Source of the DNA: Patescibacteria group bacterium
Lineage (GTDB): Bacteria; Patescibacteriota; CPR2; UBA1875
Assembly (NCBI GenBank): GCA_041737595.1
Contig: JBGSRK010000010.1
Location: forward strand, 64,001 to 128,000
Direction of reading: 5' to 3'
DNA: 64,000 nt
The notes beneath the pieces were generated by a model. That model worked only from the letters and a program-made list of their open reading frames with translations. It made no database searches and was not told the origin of the DNA. The stretch's first letter is position 1. Each line of letters starts with the position of its first letter. Below are positions 8,301 through 17,994 of this stretch, piece by piece. The translations under genes were made by a program, and so were the position numbers.

Positions 8301-10682
8301 TTAACCCATTAATGTACCAACCCAAGTTAACGAACCTGCAGGTAATCCAACTGCAATGCCAGCAATGCCCATATTTCTTAATATATGATTTCTAACAATA
8401 TTCTCTTCATCATGTCTCTTATCTATAGATCTATCAAAAGTTCTTATAGACTCTAACAATATCTTACTCCTAGCTGCTTCAATTTCTCCAAGAGTTAATG
8501 GGATTTTTTCACCTTTTTTTTCTTGAGCTTTTTTTAGTTCTTTTTTAAGTTTCTCGACTGTAAGCACTTTAAGTCTTTTCGTCATTTCTTCTACTTGGTG
8601 TTCATAACTTAGTCTATCTTCCTCATGTGCACCTCTTATCGGATGTACACCAGTCCCAATTCTTTCGCCAACTCTTATATTATGTGCAGCCTGTGCACCA
8701 AGTCTTTTATAAATATCATCTTCTGACATTGCATCAATTACTCCAGATTCTTGTTTATGTAATAAACTATCTCTATTTCTATTCCTTGTCTCAGAGAAGG
8801 CGTGAGTTGCAGATGCTGCAGATGTGGCACCAAGTAGCCCAACAACTATTGGTAAACCGCCACTAGCTGTTAGAGTAATGGCTGCACCAGAAATAGCAAT
8901 TGATGCGACAGATGAAATAACTGGATGTTTTCTAATAAAATTTTTCACCTTCCGATAGGCACCACCAAACAAACCTTCATTATCTTCTTTATCAGCTTCT
9001 TCATTAATTCTGTTTTTACTTTCTTCTTCAAAAAATAATTTTGCGGTTTCTTCGTGAACTAAATCAAAGAAAGATTTTGCCCATTTTTCTAATTTTTTAT
9101 TGTATTGTTCAAGAGTTTCTTTAGGTTTTGGTTTTAATCTTTCCCATTCATCCATTTGCATAGGTCTCTTTGGTTTTATATCTCTTTTTGCATTCTCATA
9201 TTCTTCTATTGTTAATGGTTCTTGAGGTTTTTCATCTTTATGTTTAATTAATGATTTTTCATATTTAGCCACTTTAAGATCAAAATCAATTTGTGTTTCG
9301 TTTACCCCTCTTTTTGGTGGTACTGGTTCACTGCCTTTCCAAGCCTTTAATTTTTTATCATACTCATATGGGTTTCTCGATTCATAATTTTCTTTCCATT
9401 CTTTTTCTCTCAAAGTATATTTATATGGGCTCACATCATCATTAGCTTCTTCCCATTCTTTTAATGTTTTTTCATAAGTCTCTTCTGTTTCTATTCTTTC
9501 GGGCCTTCTTCCACGTTCACTTCTTTTAGCCCTTGCTAATCCTTCTTGATTCGCATAATTTAGGATACCTGATTCATATTCAACACGAGCACGATTTAAT
9601 TCACCCTGTTTAGCTGGGTTCCAAGTGAATTGTGATCTAAGTTTTCTTTTATCTAAAAGTCTATCAGTATAATTGTTTCTTAGTGTTGAAATATCAATAT
9701 ATCCGCCTGTTTCTCCTGAACTTTCATATAACTTAGTTGCAGTTTCAATTAATGTATAGTTTGTATCATCGATTTTTTCAGTTTCAGACGGTTCAACAGA
9801 ATCACCATCTTCACTCCTTGGCTTGTTCCCACTCCCATCATTATCACTATTTTCTCCATCCTCCCCAGTAGTTGCTGGGGGAGTATTATTTGGGTCTGGT
9901 GGAGTTGATGGTTGAATTGGAGGTTGAACAGGCTCTTCGTCTTCATCTTCTTTAGTTTCTTTTTTACCCTCTTCTTCTAAAATTTTATCTATAGTTGAAA
10001 TAGTATCGTTAATCCATTCTAATGTGGTTCTTATTTCAGTTGAAGTCCCTTCGTCTTCGACATGAGATCTTATTAAAATTTGAATCGCAAGAAGAACTTT
10101 TTTCATTTTTTTCGCATCTATCATATCTTCTACAAATTCAGCGGGGTTATTACTAATTTGTTCTAACTTAGCCAATAAACTTTTGACCCCTTTGGGAGAA
10201 ATTTCAGTTAATACTTTTAATATTTCTTCTGATAGAAATTCACCACCTTTGGCTTTTTCACCTTTTTCTTCTACTTCTTTAGCCTCTTTTTCTGCTCGTT
10301 CTTTTGCTATAATTTCATCTAATTTCTCTTTTTGAGCCTTTTCCATTTCTCTTTTTGCAGCATTTTCTTGTCTTTGAGTTACTTCAAAAAATGGTCTTAT
10401 TTCACCAACTCTATCCCCAGTTTCATCTATAATATCTCCTATACGCGCGCCTCCACGTACTAAAGAATCATTCGATTTTATTCTAGAATTAATTTGATTT
10501 CTAGTTTGTTCGACTGTCATATCTGACTGCTCGGCAATTTCTTGAACATTGGTTGCACCTAAACCTTCGGCAGTTTTAAAATCATCACCAAACTCTCCAT
10601 TATGCATAGAGTCTGTATATTGAGTAGTTGGAGACTTATCTCCTCCCCCCTCTAATTCATGATATGAAATAACTTCGCTCAT
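8301..10682 (-). CDS. Large hypothetical protein, charged and repetitive, with C-terminal hydrophobic segments
   Basis: 793-aa ORF with GGGGG RBS; Pro-rich linker. Confidence 0.75.
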   Translation of the reverse strand: MSEVISYHELEGGGDKSPTTQYTDSMHNGEFGDDFKTAEGLGATNVQEIAEQSDMTVEQTRNQINSRIKSNDSLVRGGARIGDIIDETGDRVGEIRPFFEVTQRQENAAKREMEKAQKEKLDEIIAKERAEKEAKEVEEKGEKAKGGEFLSEEILKVLTEISPKGVKSLLAKLEQISNNPAEFVEDMIDAKKMKKVLLAIQILIRSHVEDEGTSTEIRTTLEWINDTISTIDKILEEEGKKETKEDEDEEPVQPPIQPSTPPDPNNTPPATTGEDGENSDNDGSGNKPRSEDGDSVEPSETEKIDDTNYTLIETATKLYESSGETGGYIDISTLRNNYTDRLLDKRKLRSQFTWNPAKQGELNRARVEYESGILNYANQEGLARAKRSERGRRPERIETEETYEKTLKEWEEANDDVSPYKYTLREKEWKENYESRNPYEYDKKLKAWKGSEPVPPKRGVNETQIDFDLKVAKYEKSLIKHKDEKPQEPLTIEEYENAKRDIKPKRPMQMDEWERLKPKPKETLEQYNKKLEKWAKSFFDLVHEETAKLFFEEESKNRINEEADKEDNEGLFGGAYRKVKNFIRKHPVISSVASIAISGAAITLTASGGLPIVVGLLGATSAASATHAFSETRNRNRDSLLHKQESGVIDAMSEDDIYKRLGAQAAHNIRVGERIGTGVHPIRGAHEEDRLSYEHQVEEMTKRLKVLTVEKLKKELKKAQEKKGEKIPLTLGEIEAARSKILLESIRTFDRSIDKRHDEENIVRNHILRNMGIAGIAVGLPAGSLTWVGTLMG

Positions 10683-10735
10683 TAACCCCCTTTTGGTATA
10701 AGTATTATAAGATAATTAGTATAAAAAAGAAATGT

Positions 10736-12442
10736 TTAACAGGTATAGAAAGAATCAATCTGTTTTTTATACTTTTCTGTGATTTCTTTCCGGCGAGCTT
10801 TTAAAGTTGGAGTTAGAAGACCATTCTCAACCGTAAAAGGCTTCTGAATAATTAAAAATTTTCTAATTTGTTCATAAGTCGCTACATCTTTATTCAAAAA
10901 GATATCTATTTCTTTTTGGATAACTGCGTACTGTTTTTCTTTATTAAAACCCTGAATTTTTGTTTTTTCTGGGACAATTAATGCAGCAACATGTTTTTCA
11001 CAATCTCCAAAAACAAATGATTGTGAAATATATGGAGACATTTGCATCTTTTCCTCAAGGTGAGCTGGCCCGACATTTTTGCCCGTTGAAAGAACTATTA
11101 TTTCTTTTTGTCTTGCTCCAAATTTTATAAATCCTTCTTTATCTATAGTGACAAGGTCACCGGTCTTAAACCAACCATCAGTTGTAAAAGCTTCTTTAGT
11201 TGCTTCTGGATTTTTATAATAAGACTTAAAAACATTTGGACCCTTTACTAAAAGTTCTCCATTTTTTACTTTTACTGAAACATTTGGAAGAGCCTTCCCT
11301 ACAGTCCCATATTTTCTATTTTTTAAAGTATTATTAGCTAAAATCGGGGATGTTTCTGTTAGCCCAAATCCCTCTAAAACTGGGATATCAAGTGCATCAA
11401 AAAATTCACCAATTTCTTGTGCAAGTGACGCTGCGCCTGAAACAAAAAATCTTAATTGCCCACCAAACGCATTTTTTATTTTATGAAAAACAACTTTGTC
11501 GGCTAATTTATATGCAATTGTATCTCTTGGAAAATCTTTACCTATTTTAAAAGCAATTTTAAATATTATTTTTGTAATCGGTGATTTTTCGGCTGACTCT
11601 TTAACTTTGGCGTAAACTTTTTCAAAAAGACGTGGGACCGCAATTATTATAGTTGGTTTCTCTTTTTGAGCAAATTCGGAAAGCTGATTTGAATCAATAA
11701 CATAAGAAATTGTTGCACCGCGCACGAGAGGAATATAATATCCAACTGTTCTTTCAAACACATGAGAGAGTGGCAAAATTGATAAAAACTTATCATTTTC
11801 GGTTATTTCTACACCTGCAAGAACGCCCTCAATGTTTGACATAATATTTCGATTAGTTAACTCAACCCCCTTAAATCTACCAGTTGTGCCCGAGGTATAA
11901 ATTATAGTAATAATTCTATCTTCATCATGTTTTATTGGATTAATTTTAGTTTCATATTTTCGATCATATACTTCAGTTTTAAAAAGATAAGTTGATTTAT
12001 CTAATAAGGTTGGGTGGTCAGATTCTAAATCTGATTCCATATAAATTATTTTTGTATTTTTTGGGAAAATATTTTTAATTTCAGAAACCTTATCAAAAAT
12101 TTCTCTGTCGGACACAAATATCATTTTAGGTTCTGTTTCTTCAATTATGCTACTAATTTGGGTAGCAGAAAGGACACTATGAATAGGGACCAATATTGCT
12201 CCTAAAATTAATGAAGCAATATCTGTTATAACCCATTCTGGTCGATTTTCTGAGATAATCATAATTCTATCATTAGAAACAACACCCATGTCTTTCATGA
12301 AGATAGCTAACTTCTCAGCATATTTATATATCTCAGCATATGAAAGTGATTCAAAATGATGATTTTCTTTATAAAAAAGTGCAGTTTTTTCTGGAAACTT
12401 CCCTACACTTTCTATAAATGAATCTATAACAGTTGTTTTCAT
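10736..12442 (-). CDS. fadD: Long-chain fatty acid-CoA ligase (AMP-dependent synthetase)
   Basis: YTSGTTG, GFGLTETSP, GWFKTGD and LTPTLKARR motifs. Confidence 0.92.
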   Translation of the reverse strand: MKTTVIDSFIESVGKFPEKTALFYKENHHFESLSYAEIYKYAEKLAIFMKDMGVVSNDRIMIISENRPEWVITDIASLILGAILVPIHSVLSATQISSIIEETEPKMIFVSDREIFDKVSEIKNIFPKNTKIIYMESDLESDHPTLLDKSTYLFKTEVYDRKYETKINPIKHDEDRIITIIYTSGTTGRFKGVELTNRNIMSNIEGVLAGVEITENDKFLSILPLSHVFERTVGYYIPLVRGATISYVIDSNQLSEFAQKEKPTIIIAVPRLFEKVYAKVKESAEKSPITKIIFKIAFKIGKDFPRDTIAYKLADKVVFHKIKNAFGGQLRFFVSGAASLAQEIGEFFDALDIPVLEGFGLTETSPILANNTLKNRKYGTVGKALPNVSVKVKNGELLVKGPNVFKSYYKNPEATKEAFTTDGWFKTGDLVTIDKEGFIKFGARQKEIIVLSTGKNVGPAHLEEKMQMSPYISQSFVFGDCEKHVAALIVPEKTKIQGFNKEKQYAVIQKEIDIFLNKDVATYEQIRKFLIIQKPFTVENGLLTPTLKARRKEITEKYKKQIDSFYTC

Positions 12443-12468
12443 CTTGCCCTTAGTATAACAAAAAGTTT

Positions 12469-13275
12469 TTAATAATCTATCTTAAAAAATTTGCAGGCTT
12501 CATAAAAAATTGTTCTTTTTGCGGGTTCAGAAAGAAATGCATGATAAACATTATCAATTTTAAATATTTGCTTTCTTTTTGAACTAACTGAATCAATTAT
12601 TATTTGAGGTGATTCAGGTCTAATTAAGTTACTTTTTTCTGATTGAATGACAAGAACGTCACAAGTAACTTTTTTTAAAAAACTTTTTTGTTTCTCAATA
12701 AATTCAATAACTTGTGCAATATTATCTAGTGGCATCTTATCAAGCACTCCTTGTTTAAAAACAATTTCTTTTTCAGGGTGTTTTAAAACTTTCAAATATT
12801 GTTTATTCCAATATTCCATTCCTATTTTTTTAGCATAAGGTATGGCTCTTTTCGTTATAGGTTGATATTTGATTTTCATTGGTGTTTCGATACATACAAG
12901 GCCTTTAATTATACCCGGATGGATTGCATCGAATTTTAAAGCTAAATTACCACCAAATGAAATAGCGACAATATATATTTCTTTAACATTTTTTGATAAT
13001 TCTAAAATTCCTTTTTCAACTTCATTATACCAATCCTTAGGGGTGGTTTTAGCTAAATCTTCCCAATTAGTCCCATGACCTGGCAATAAAACTCCCTTAG
13101 TAGTTATTCCTCTTTTTGAAAGAAATTTTGCAAAGCCATTAACCCGACAAAGTGAATCAGAAAAACCATGGACAAAGAATATAGCTCTTTCACCGGCTGG
13201 ATAATAAAAGGCTTGAGCTTCTTTTGGGACCTCATTAATTTTTATATCATTTTTTTCAACAGTTAATGTATTCAT
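12469..13275 (-). CDS. Alpha/beta hydrolase, carboxylesterase/monoacylglycerol lipase-like
   Basis: HGF, LPGHG and AISFGG nucleophile elbow. Confidence 0.85.
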   Translation of the reverse strand: MNTLTVEKNDIKINEVPKEAQAFYYPAGERAIFFVHGFSDSLCRVNGFAKFLSKRGITTKGVLLPGHGTNWEDLAKTTPKDWYNEVEKGILELSKNVKEIYIVAISFGGNLALKFDAIHPGIIKGLVCIETPMKIKYQPITKRAIPYAKKIGMEYWNKQYLKVLKHPEKEIVFKQGVLDKMPLDNIAQVIEFIEKQKSFLKKVTCDVLVIQSEKSNLIRPESPQIIIDSVSSKRKQIFKIDNVYHAFLSEPAKRTIFYEACKFFKIDY

Positions 13276-13367
13276 ATAATTAAAACGGAAAGCCCATTAA
13301 GCTTTCCACCTTGCAATAATTATAACATACTTTTATAATTAGAATGCAATAATATATTGAAGGACAT

Positions 13368-13754
13368 ATGGCTATAAAAATTATACTTGCGGAAGATGAC
13401 CTACAATTAATCGACATGTATCGTCGAAAGTTCGAGATGGAAGGTTTTGAAGTCCAATTTGCTGAAGATGGAGAAAAAGCAATTACAATTTTAGAAGGTT
13501 GGAAACCCGATATTGCACTCCTTGATATTATGATGCCGAAAGTAAATGGATTAGATGTTTTAAAATACATTAAAGAAAAACAAGGGTATGAAGATGTAAT
13601 CACTGTAATGCTAACCAACCTCGGTAATGAATCAACTGCTGAAGAAATTTATAAACTCGGGGCAACTGAATATATTGTAAAGGCAGATATGACCCCTCTA
13701 GAAGTCTCGGATAAAGTGAAAGCTTTAATAAAATTTTACAAAAAAGGCGCATAA
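13368..13754 (+). CDS. Single-domain response regulator
   Basis: EDD, LLDIMMP, T and K receiver residues. Confidence 0.93.
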   Translation: MAIKIILAEDDLQLIDMYRRKFEMEGFEVQFAEDGEKAITILEGWKPDIALLDIMMPKVNGLDVLKYIKEKQGYEDVITVMLTNLGNESTAEEIYKLGATEYIVKADMTPLEVSDKVKALIKFYKKGA

Positions 13755-13764
13755 AAGCGCCTTT
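13742..13764. terminator. Bidirectional intrinsic terminator
   Basis: AAAAGGCGC-ATAAAA-GCGCCTTTT between convergent genes. Confidence 0.7.
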
Positions 13765-13788
13765 TCAGATTGTTATTTAATAAGATAT

Positions 13789-14280
13789 TTAGTTTTTAGA
13801 TATCTCTTCTAAGGTTTCTATAATTTTATCTTTTTCCTGTTCCCCTATTAATCTTTTAACTTCTGTACCATCTTTAAAAAATATTAATGCTGGGACACTT
13901 TCAATCTTATAATCAGTTGCAGATTTTGAAGAAGTCATAACATCAAGTTTACCAATTTTATATTTTCCTTTAAATTCTTTGGCAATTTCAGTGATAACGG
14001 GACCAAGGTTTTGGCAATGAGGACATGTTGGTGAAAACATATCAACCATTACAATCCCCTTATATTCTAAAACCTCTTTATCAAAATTATCGTCGGTTAT
14101 TTTTATCTCAGGCGCTTCGATCTTTGAAGCTGCATTTTCTACTGTATTATCTGTTTGGATTATACTTTCTGACTTTGAATCTGTTGATCCACTAGAAAAT
14201 TTAATTGCGACCCCTACTCCTAAGATTGCAAGAAATGCTACTATCCCAATAACTATAGGCGTAATGTTTTTTGTTTTCAT
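13789..14280 (-). CDS. Membrane-anchored thioredoxin-family protein
   Basis: N-terminal TM; CPHC; cis-Pro SVPAL. Confidence 0.88.
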   Translation of the reverse strand: MKTKNITPIVIGIVAFLAILGVGVAIKFSSGSTDSKSESIIQTDNTVENAASKIEAPEIKITDDNFDKEVLEYKGIVMVDMFSPTCPHCQNLGPVITEIAKEFKGKYKIGKLDVMTSSKSATDYKIESVPALIFFKDGTEVKRLIGEQEKDKIIETLEEISKN

Positions 14281-14364
14281 AATGATTATTCTACTCCATT
14301 AATTATTATTTTCATAATAGATTTATAATATATTTTTCTATTAATTCTATGGCTTATTTTGAAC

Positions 14365-14440
14365 TGGTGGGCCCGGTGCGGCTCGAACGCACGACCAATT
14401 GCTTAAGAGGCAACTGCTCTACCAGCTGAGCTACGGGCCC
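14365..14440 (-). tRNA. tRNA-Lys(CTT)
   Basis: Cloverleaf; GTTGC-CTCTTAA-GCAAT anticodon arm; encoded CCA. Confidence 0.96.
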
Positions 14441-14635
14441 ACGTCGGAATTCGCTGACGGATTCCGACGTGGGCCAAACCAAGTCTTCATCCTTTCGCAA
14501 ATCCTCCTCTTTCGGCAAAAATCAATAGATTTTGTCGATTTAAAATGAAAATCTGTTGGTTTTCATTTTTGAGGAAGAATAACGAGAAACCGAAAAAAAT
14601 ATATAATTTTGAAGGTTGTCAGTTTATTCTGATGA

Positions 14636-14711
14636 TGGTGCGCCCGGTAGGATTCGAACCTACGACCAATAGCTTAGAAGGCTACTGCTCTATCCCCTGA
14701 GCTACGGGCGC
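14636..14711 (-). tRNA. tRNA-Arg(TCT)
   Basis: GTAGC-CTTCTAA-GCTAT anticodon arm; encoded CCA. Confidence 0.96.
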
Positions 14712-14900
14712 ACGTCAGCGAAAGCTGACGTGCTTCAAAATAATTTATATTATTTATTCCGCACTTACGCTACGCTTCCTTTGCAATTTAAATCAACAGA
14801 TTTAAATTGTCTTTTTAACTTCGATATTATAACGTATTTCAAGAAAATATTCCATTGTTTAAACTAGTTTGATACAATATAATATGTAAAAGAGGGGAAA

Positions 14901-15575
14901 ATGGACTCAACAATAAAACCACAAAATGAATTTTATACACCTGAAACAGGAATAGTTCCTGGCGCTGAATCTCAGGTCGCTCAGGCTGGACAAGATATTA
15001 GTGCAGAAAATCCATTCCCAAATATCCAACCTTCTGAAATTCTCACAAATACAATGGCTTCAGAGGTTACTCAACCACAGTCAGAATTACCAGTTGAGTC
15101 TGATGATGAATTGGCAAAAGAAATTAACGCTGGGCCAGATTTAAAAGTTGTACCAGACCCTGCAGAAATTTCTATTGATTCTACTTATACTAATGATGTC
15201 CCCGAAGCTACCCCAACAGTGATTGAACCAGCACCAATTGAAACTGTTCAACCCGAAATTGTAGCCGAAACACCTGAAGTAATAGAAGAAGTAAAGGAAG
15301 ATCCAGAAGCAATATTATCAGAAATTGACGAAGACTTTGAAGCTATAGATGGGAAAATTGCAGAATATCTAAGTGCAAACCGAGAAAAAATAACCTCTTT
15401 AGAAGATTCTATTAAAGAGGCCGAAGATAGACTTGAGAATACAAGACTTGCAACAGAACAAAGTATTAAAGATAAAAAAGCTGAAATTGTTGAACTTAAA
15501 AAAATGCGAGACAGAATAAGTGCTTATAAAGAGAGAACTAAAATAAATAAAAATCCTACTGAAATCGCAGCATAA
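14901..15575 (+). CDS. Acidic disordered protein with C-terminal coiled coil
   Basis: GAGGGG RBS; E/P-rich N-terminal half. Confidence 0.75.
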   Translation: MDSTIKPQNEFYTPETGIVPGAESQVAQAGQDISAENPFPNIQPSEILTNTMASEVTQPQSELPVESDDELAKEINAGPDLKVVPDPAEISIDSTYTNDVPEATPTVIEPAPIETVQPEIVAETPEVIEEVKEDPEAILSEIDEDFEAIDGKIAEYLSANREKITSLEDSIKEAEDRLENTRLATEQSIKDKKAEIVELKKMRDRISAYKERTKINKNPTEIAA

Positions 15576-15589
15576 AATACCCGTGTTTA

Positions 15590-16306
15590 TTATTTTATAA
15601 CGAACCCGATATACCTTGCAGATATATTTTTAGGTAATAAATCTAGTATTTTACCAAAAAAATTTATTACATTTTCTAATATAGAATAGTATCTGCCTTT
15701 TTTGGTTACAAATCTAAAATAAAAATGTCCAACATAATCTGCTTTCGTTAAATTATGGTCAGTTGTCCTGATATATCTTTTTATTTTATTTAGAGACATA
15801 GCATCAGATATATGATTTTCAAGAACCTTAGGTTCTAATATTTTATAAAGAAAATGGTAAAGTGGAGAATTTAGATTTGGAACTTCTATTAAGCATATTC
15901 CATTTTTACCCATTAAATTTAAGTGTTTATCAATTATTTTTGTCCAATTATTAAAATGTTCAATAAATCCAAAAGAACATACTAAATCATATTTTCTAAA
16001 AGATCTGTAATTAAGAAAGTCATTTTTTTGGAATACCCCACATTTATAGTTTTTAGACTTAAACCACTCTTCCATAACATTAATATTTTCGTTCCAATCT
16101 ACACCGTTTATTTCATAGCCCATTTTGCCTATTAAAGCTAGAAATTTTCCTGGATAACAACCTATTTCAAGACATTTTAGATTATCCCCTGTTGGAGTAT
16201 TATTATTTATCCATAAAGCAACAGGATGAGTAGTTATAGTAGCCTCTTTATATATAACTTTTCCCCAATGTTCTTCCCAATAATTAATATCTGTTATTGA
16301 CCCCAT
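15590..16306 (-). CDS. Class I SAM-dependent methyltransferase
   Basis: LEIGCYPG and SFGFIEHF motifs. Confidence 0.85.
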   Translation of the reverse strand: MGSITDINYWEEHWGKVIYKEATITTHPVALWINNNTPTGDNLKCLEIGCYPGKFLALIGKMGYEINGVDWNENINVMEEWFKSKNYKCGVFQKNDFLNYRSFRKYDLVCSFGFIEHFNNWTKIIDKHLNLMGKNGICLIEVPNLNSPLYHFLYKILEPKVLENHISDAMSLNKIKRYIRTTDHNLTKADYVGHFYFRFVTKKGRYYSILENVINFFGKILDLLPKNISARYIGFVIK

Positions 16307-16363
16307 AAATTGATTTTAACACAAAAAAGAAACTGTTTAAGGTTTCTTTTTTATAATAATTAC

Positions 16364-16392
16364 TGGGGTCGGATAGTGAGAGATATCAGAAC
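16364..16392. repeat. att-like repeat ending (minus strand) in ACCCCA, copy 1
   Basis: 26/29 identical to 16803-16831; adjacent terminator hairpin. Confidence 0.85.
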
Positions 16393-16406
16393 CGAGATTT
16401 TTAGAA

Positions 16407-16745
16407 CTATTTAACACACGCTAATATAATAAAAGCAAAAACTGCTAAAGTTATACCAAAATATCCTATTGGCGACAAAACTTCTTTCAAAAATAAAAAA
16501 CTTAATAAATTAACAAGAATAATAGAAAAAGCACCAAACATTGCCATTGTTTTTCCAACTGGCATTGTGGTGAAAACATATAATTGTCCAAATGTTGCTA
16601 CGGTTCTCATTAATGTATATCCCAGAAACCACCAGGTAAGAAATGTTGAAATAGTAAAACCATTTCTTTGCATACCACTTTTTGCTAAGATGTCCCCTGA
16701 GGTAAAAAGAATCTGAGATATTGCTAAAACTATTAACGGATTCAT
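16407..16745 (-). CDS. SMR/EamA (DMT) family small membrane protein
   Basis: 4 TM helices; FLFLKEVLS..YFGI motif. Confidence 0.75.
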   Translation of the reverse strand: MNPLIVLAISQILFTSGDILAKSGMQRNGFTISTFLTWWFLGYTLMRTVATFGQLYVFTTMPVGKTMAMFGAFSIILVNLLSFLFLKEVLSPIGYFGITLAVFAFIILACVK

Positions 16746-16802
16746 AAAATAATTTTAACACAAAAAGGAACCTAAATCGGTCCCTTTTTGTAATATTTAA
16801 AA

Positions 16803-16831
16803 TGGGGTCGGATAGTGCGAGAAGTCAGAAC
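16803..16831. repeat. att-like repeat, copy 2
   Basis: TGGGGTCGGATAGTGCGAGAAGTCAGAAC. Confidence 0.85.
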
Positions 16832-16870
16832 TAAAATAGTACAAAATGCTATTAATTTTGCAAAATTGGT

Positions 16871-17578
16871 TTGATGGTGCTAAAATTAAATATGGATAGA
16901 GACGTCAAACAGATTGAGTCGATTTACGGAAGCAACACCTTCCTGAGCGAACAAAAAGAAAATAAAGAAGTGAAGCACCTAAGAAGGGTGTTTTTTTCGT
17001 TAACAAAGGATTTGCACGGCAAAAGAATATTATTCATTGGTTGTGGTGATGGCGAAGAATCCATCCAATACAGCAAATGTGGTGCAACAGCATATGGTGT
17101 TGATATTAGTCCCTTATTAATCGCGGAAGCGAAAAAAAACAATCCTTTGGGTAAATTTATGGCAGGAGATTTTCGGAATATTGCTATAAAGAACTCTTTT
17201 GATATTGTTGTATCTATTTTGTCACTGCATTACTCAAAAGATTTAAATAACTCGTTTTCAAAAATATACACACTTCTTAAGCCTGGTGGGATTTGCTTGA
17301 TAGCGACCACTCACCCAACCCATAAAATGGTTACATACAACAACGGGAATTATTTTCGAAAAGGTAAGGTTTGGTATGAATGGAAGGGGTTAAAAAGATT
17401 TAATTATTTCTATCTTATAGAAGATTATATAAACGGTTTTGCAAAAAGTAATTTTCAGATAAAAGAAATGCTTGAAGTTTTTACCCCAGTTAAATTCCGT
17501 TCAGTAGAAAATAAAAATAATGAAAACCCTATCTTTACTATATATAAGATTAAAAAACCATTAAATCAAATAGATTAA
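16871..17578 (+). CDS. Class I SAM-dependent methyltransferase (start may be ATG 16892)
   Basis: ILFIGCGDG, GVDIS, SLHY and LLKPGG motifs. Confidence 0.87.
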   Translation: MMVLKLNMDRDVKQIESIYGSNTFLSEQKENKEVKHLRRVFFSLTKDLHGKRILFIGCGDGEESIQYSKCGATAYGVDISPLLIAEAKKNNPLGKFMAGDFRNIAIKNSFDIVVSILSLHYSKDLNNSFSKIYTLLKPGGICLIATTHPTHKMVTYNNGNYFRKGKVWYEWKGLKRFNYFYLIEDYINGFAKSNFQIKEMLEVFTPVKFRSVENKNNENPIFTIYKIKKPLNQID

Positions 17579-17659
17579 TTCTGATAAGGCATCTTCTAGG
17601 GTAAATATTAGAACTAAAAAAGAAGTCCTTTTGAACTTCCTTTTTAATCTTTTCAAAAC

Positions 17660-17737
17660 TGGGGTGGCTGATGGGATTCGAACCCACGACCCTCGGCACC
17701 ACAAGCCGATGCTCTAACCAACTGAGCTACAACCACC
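17660..17737 (-). tRNA. tRNA-His(GTG), with encoded G-1
   Basis: TCGGC-TTGTGGT-GCCGA arm; C73 discriminator; CCA. Confidence 0.96.
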
Positions 17738-17741
17738 ACGT

Positions 17742-17818
17742 TGGTGCGCCCTGAGGGATTCGAACCCCCGGCCTTCTGGTCCGAAGCCAGACGCTCTATC
17801 CAGCTGAGCTAAGGGCGC
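17742..17818 (-). tRNA. tRNA-Arg(TCG)
   Basis: TCTGG-CTTCGGA-CCAGA arm; CCA. Confidence 0.95.
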
Positions 17819-17841
17819 ACATTTTTTAGTTTCTTATATAT

Positions 17842-17916
17842 TGGAGCGGGTAAGGAGAGTCGAACTCCTGTCTTCAGCTTGGAAGGCTGACATAATAGCC
17901 ACTATACGATACCCGC
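17842..17916 (-). tRNA. tRNA-Gly(TCC)
   Basis: TCAGC-CTTCCAA-GCTGA arm; U73; CCA. Confidence 0.96.
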
Positions 17917-17918
17917 AT

Positions 17919-17994
17919 TGGTCGGGGAGACAGGACTCGAACCTGCGACCTCATGGTCCCAAACCACGCGCGCTACCAGCTGCGCCACTCCCCG
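17919..17994 (-). tRNA. tRNA-Pro(TGG)
   Basis: CGTGG-TTTGGGA-CCATG arm; CCA. Confidence 0.96.
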
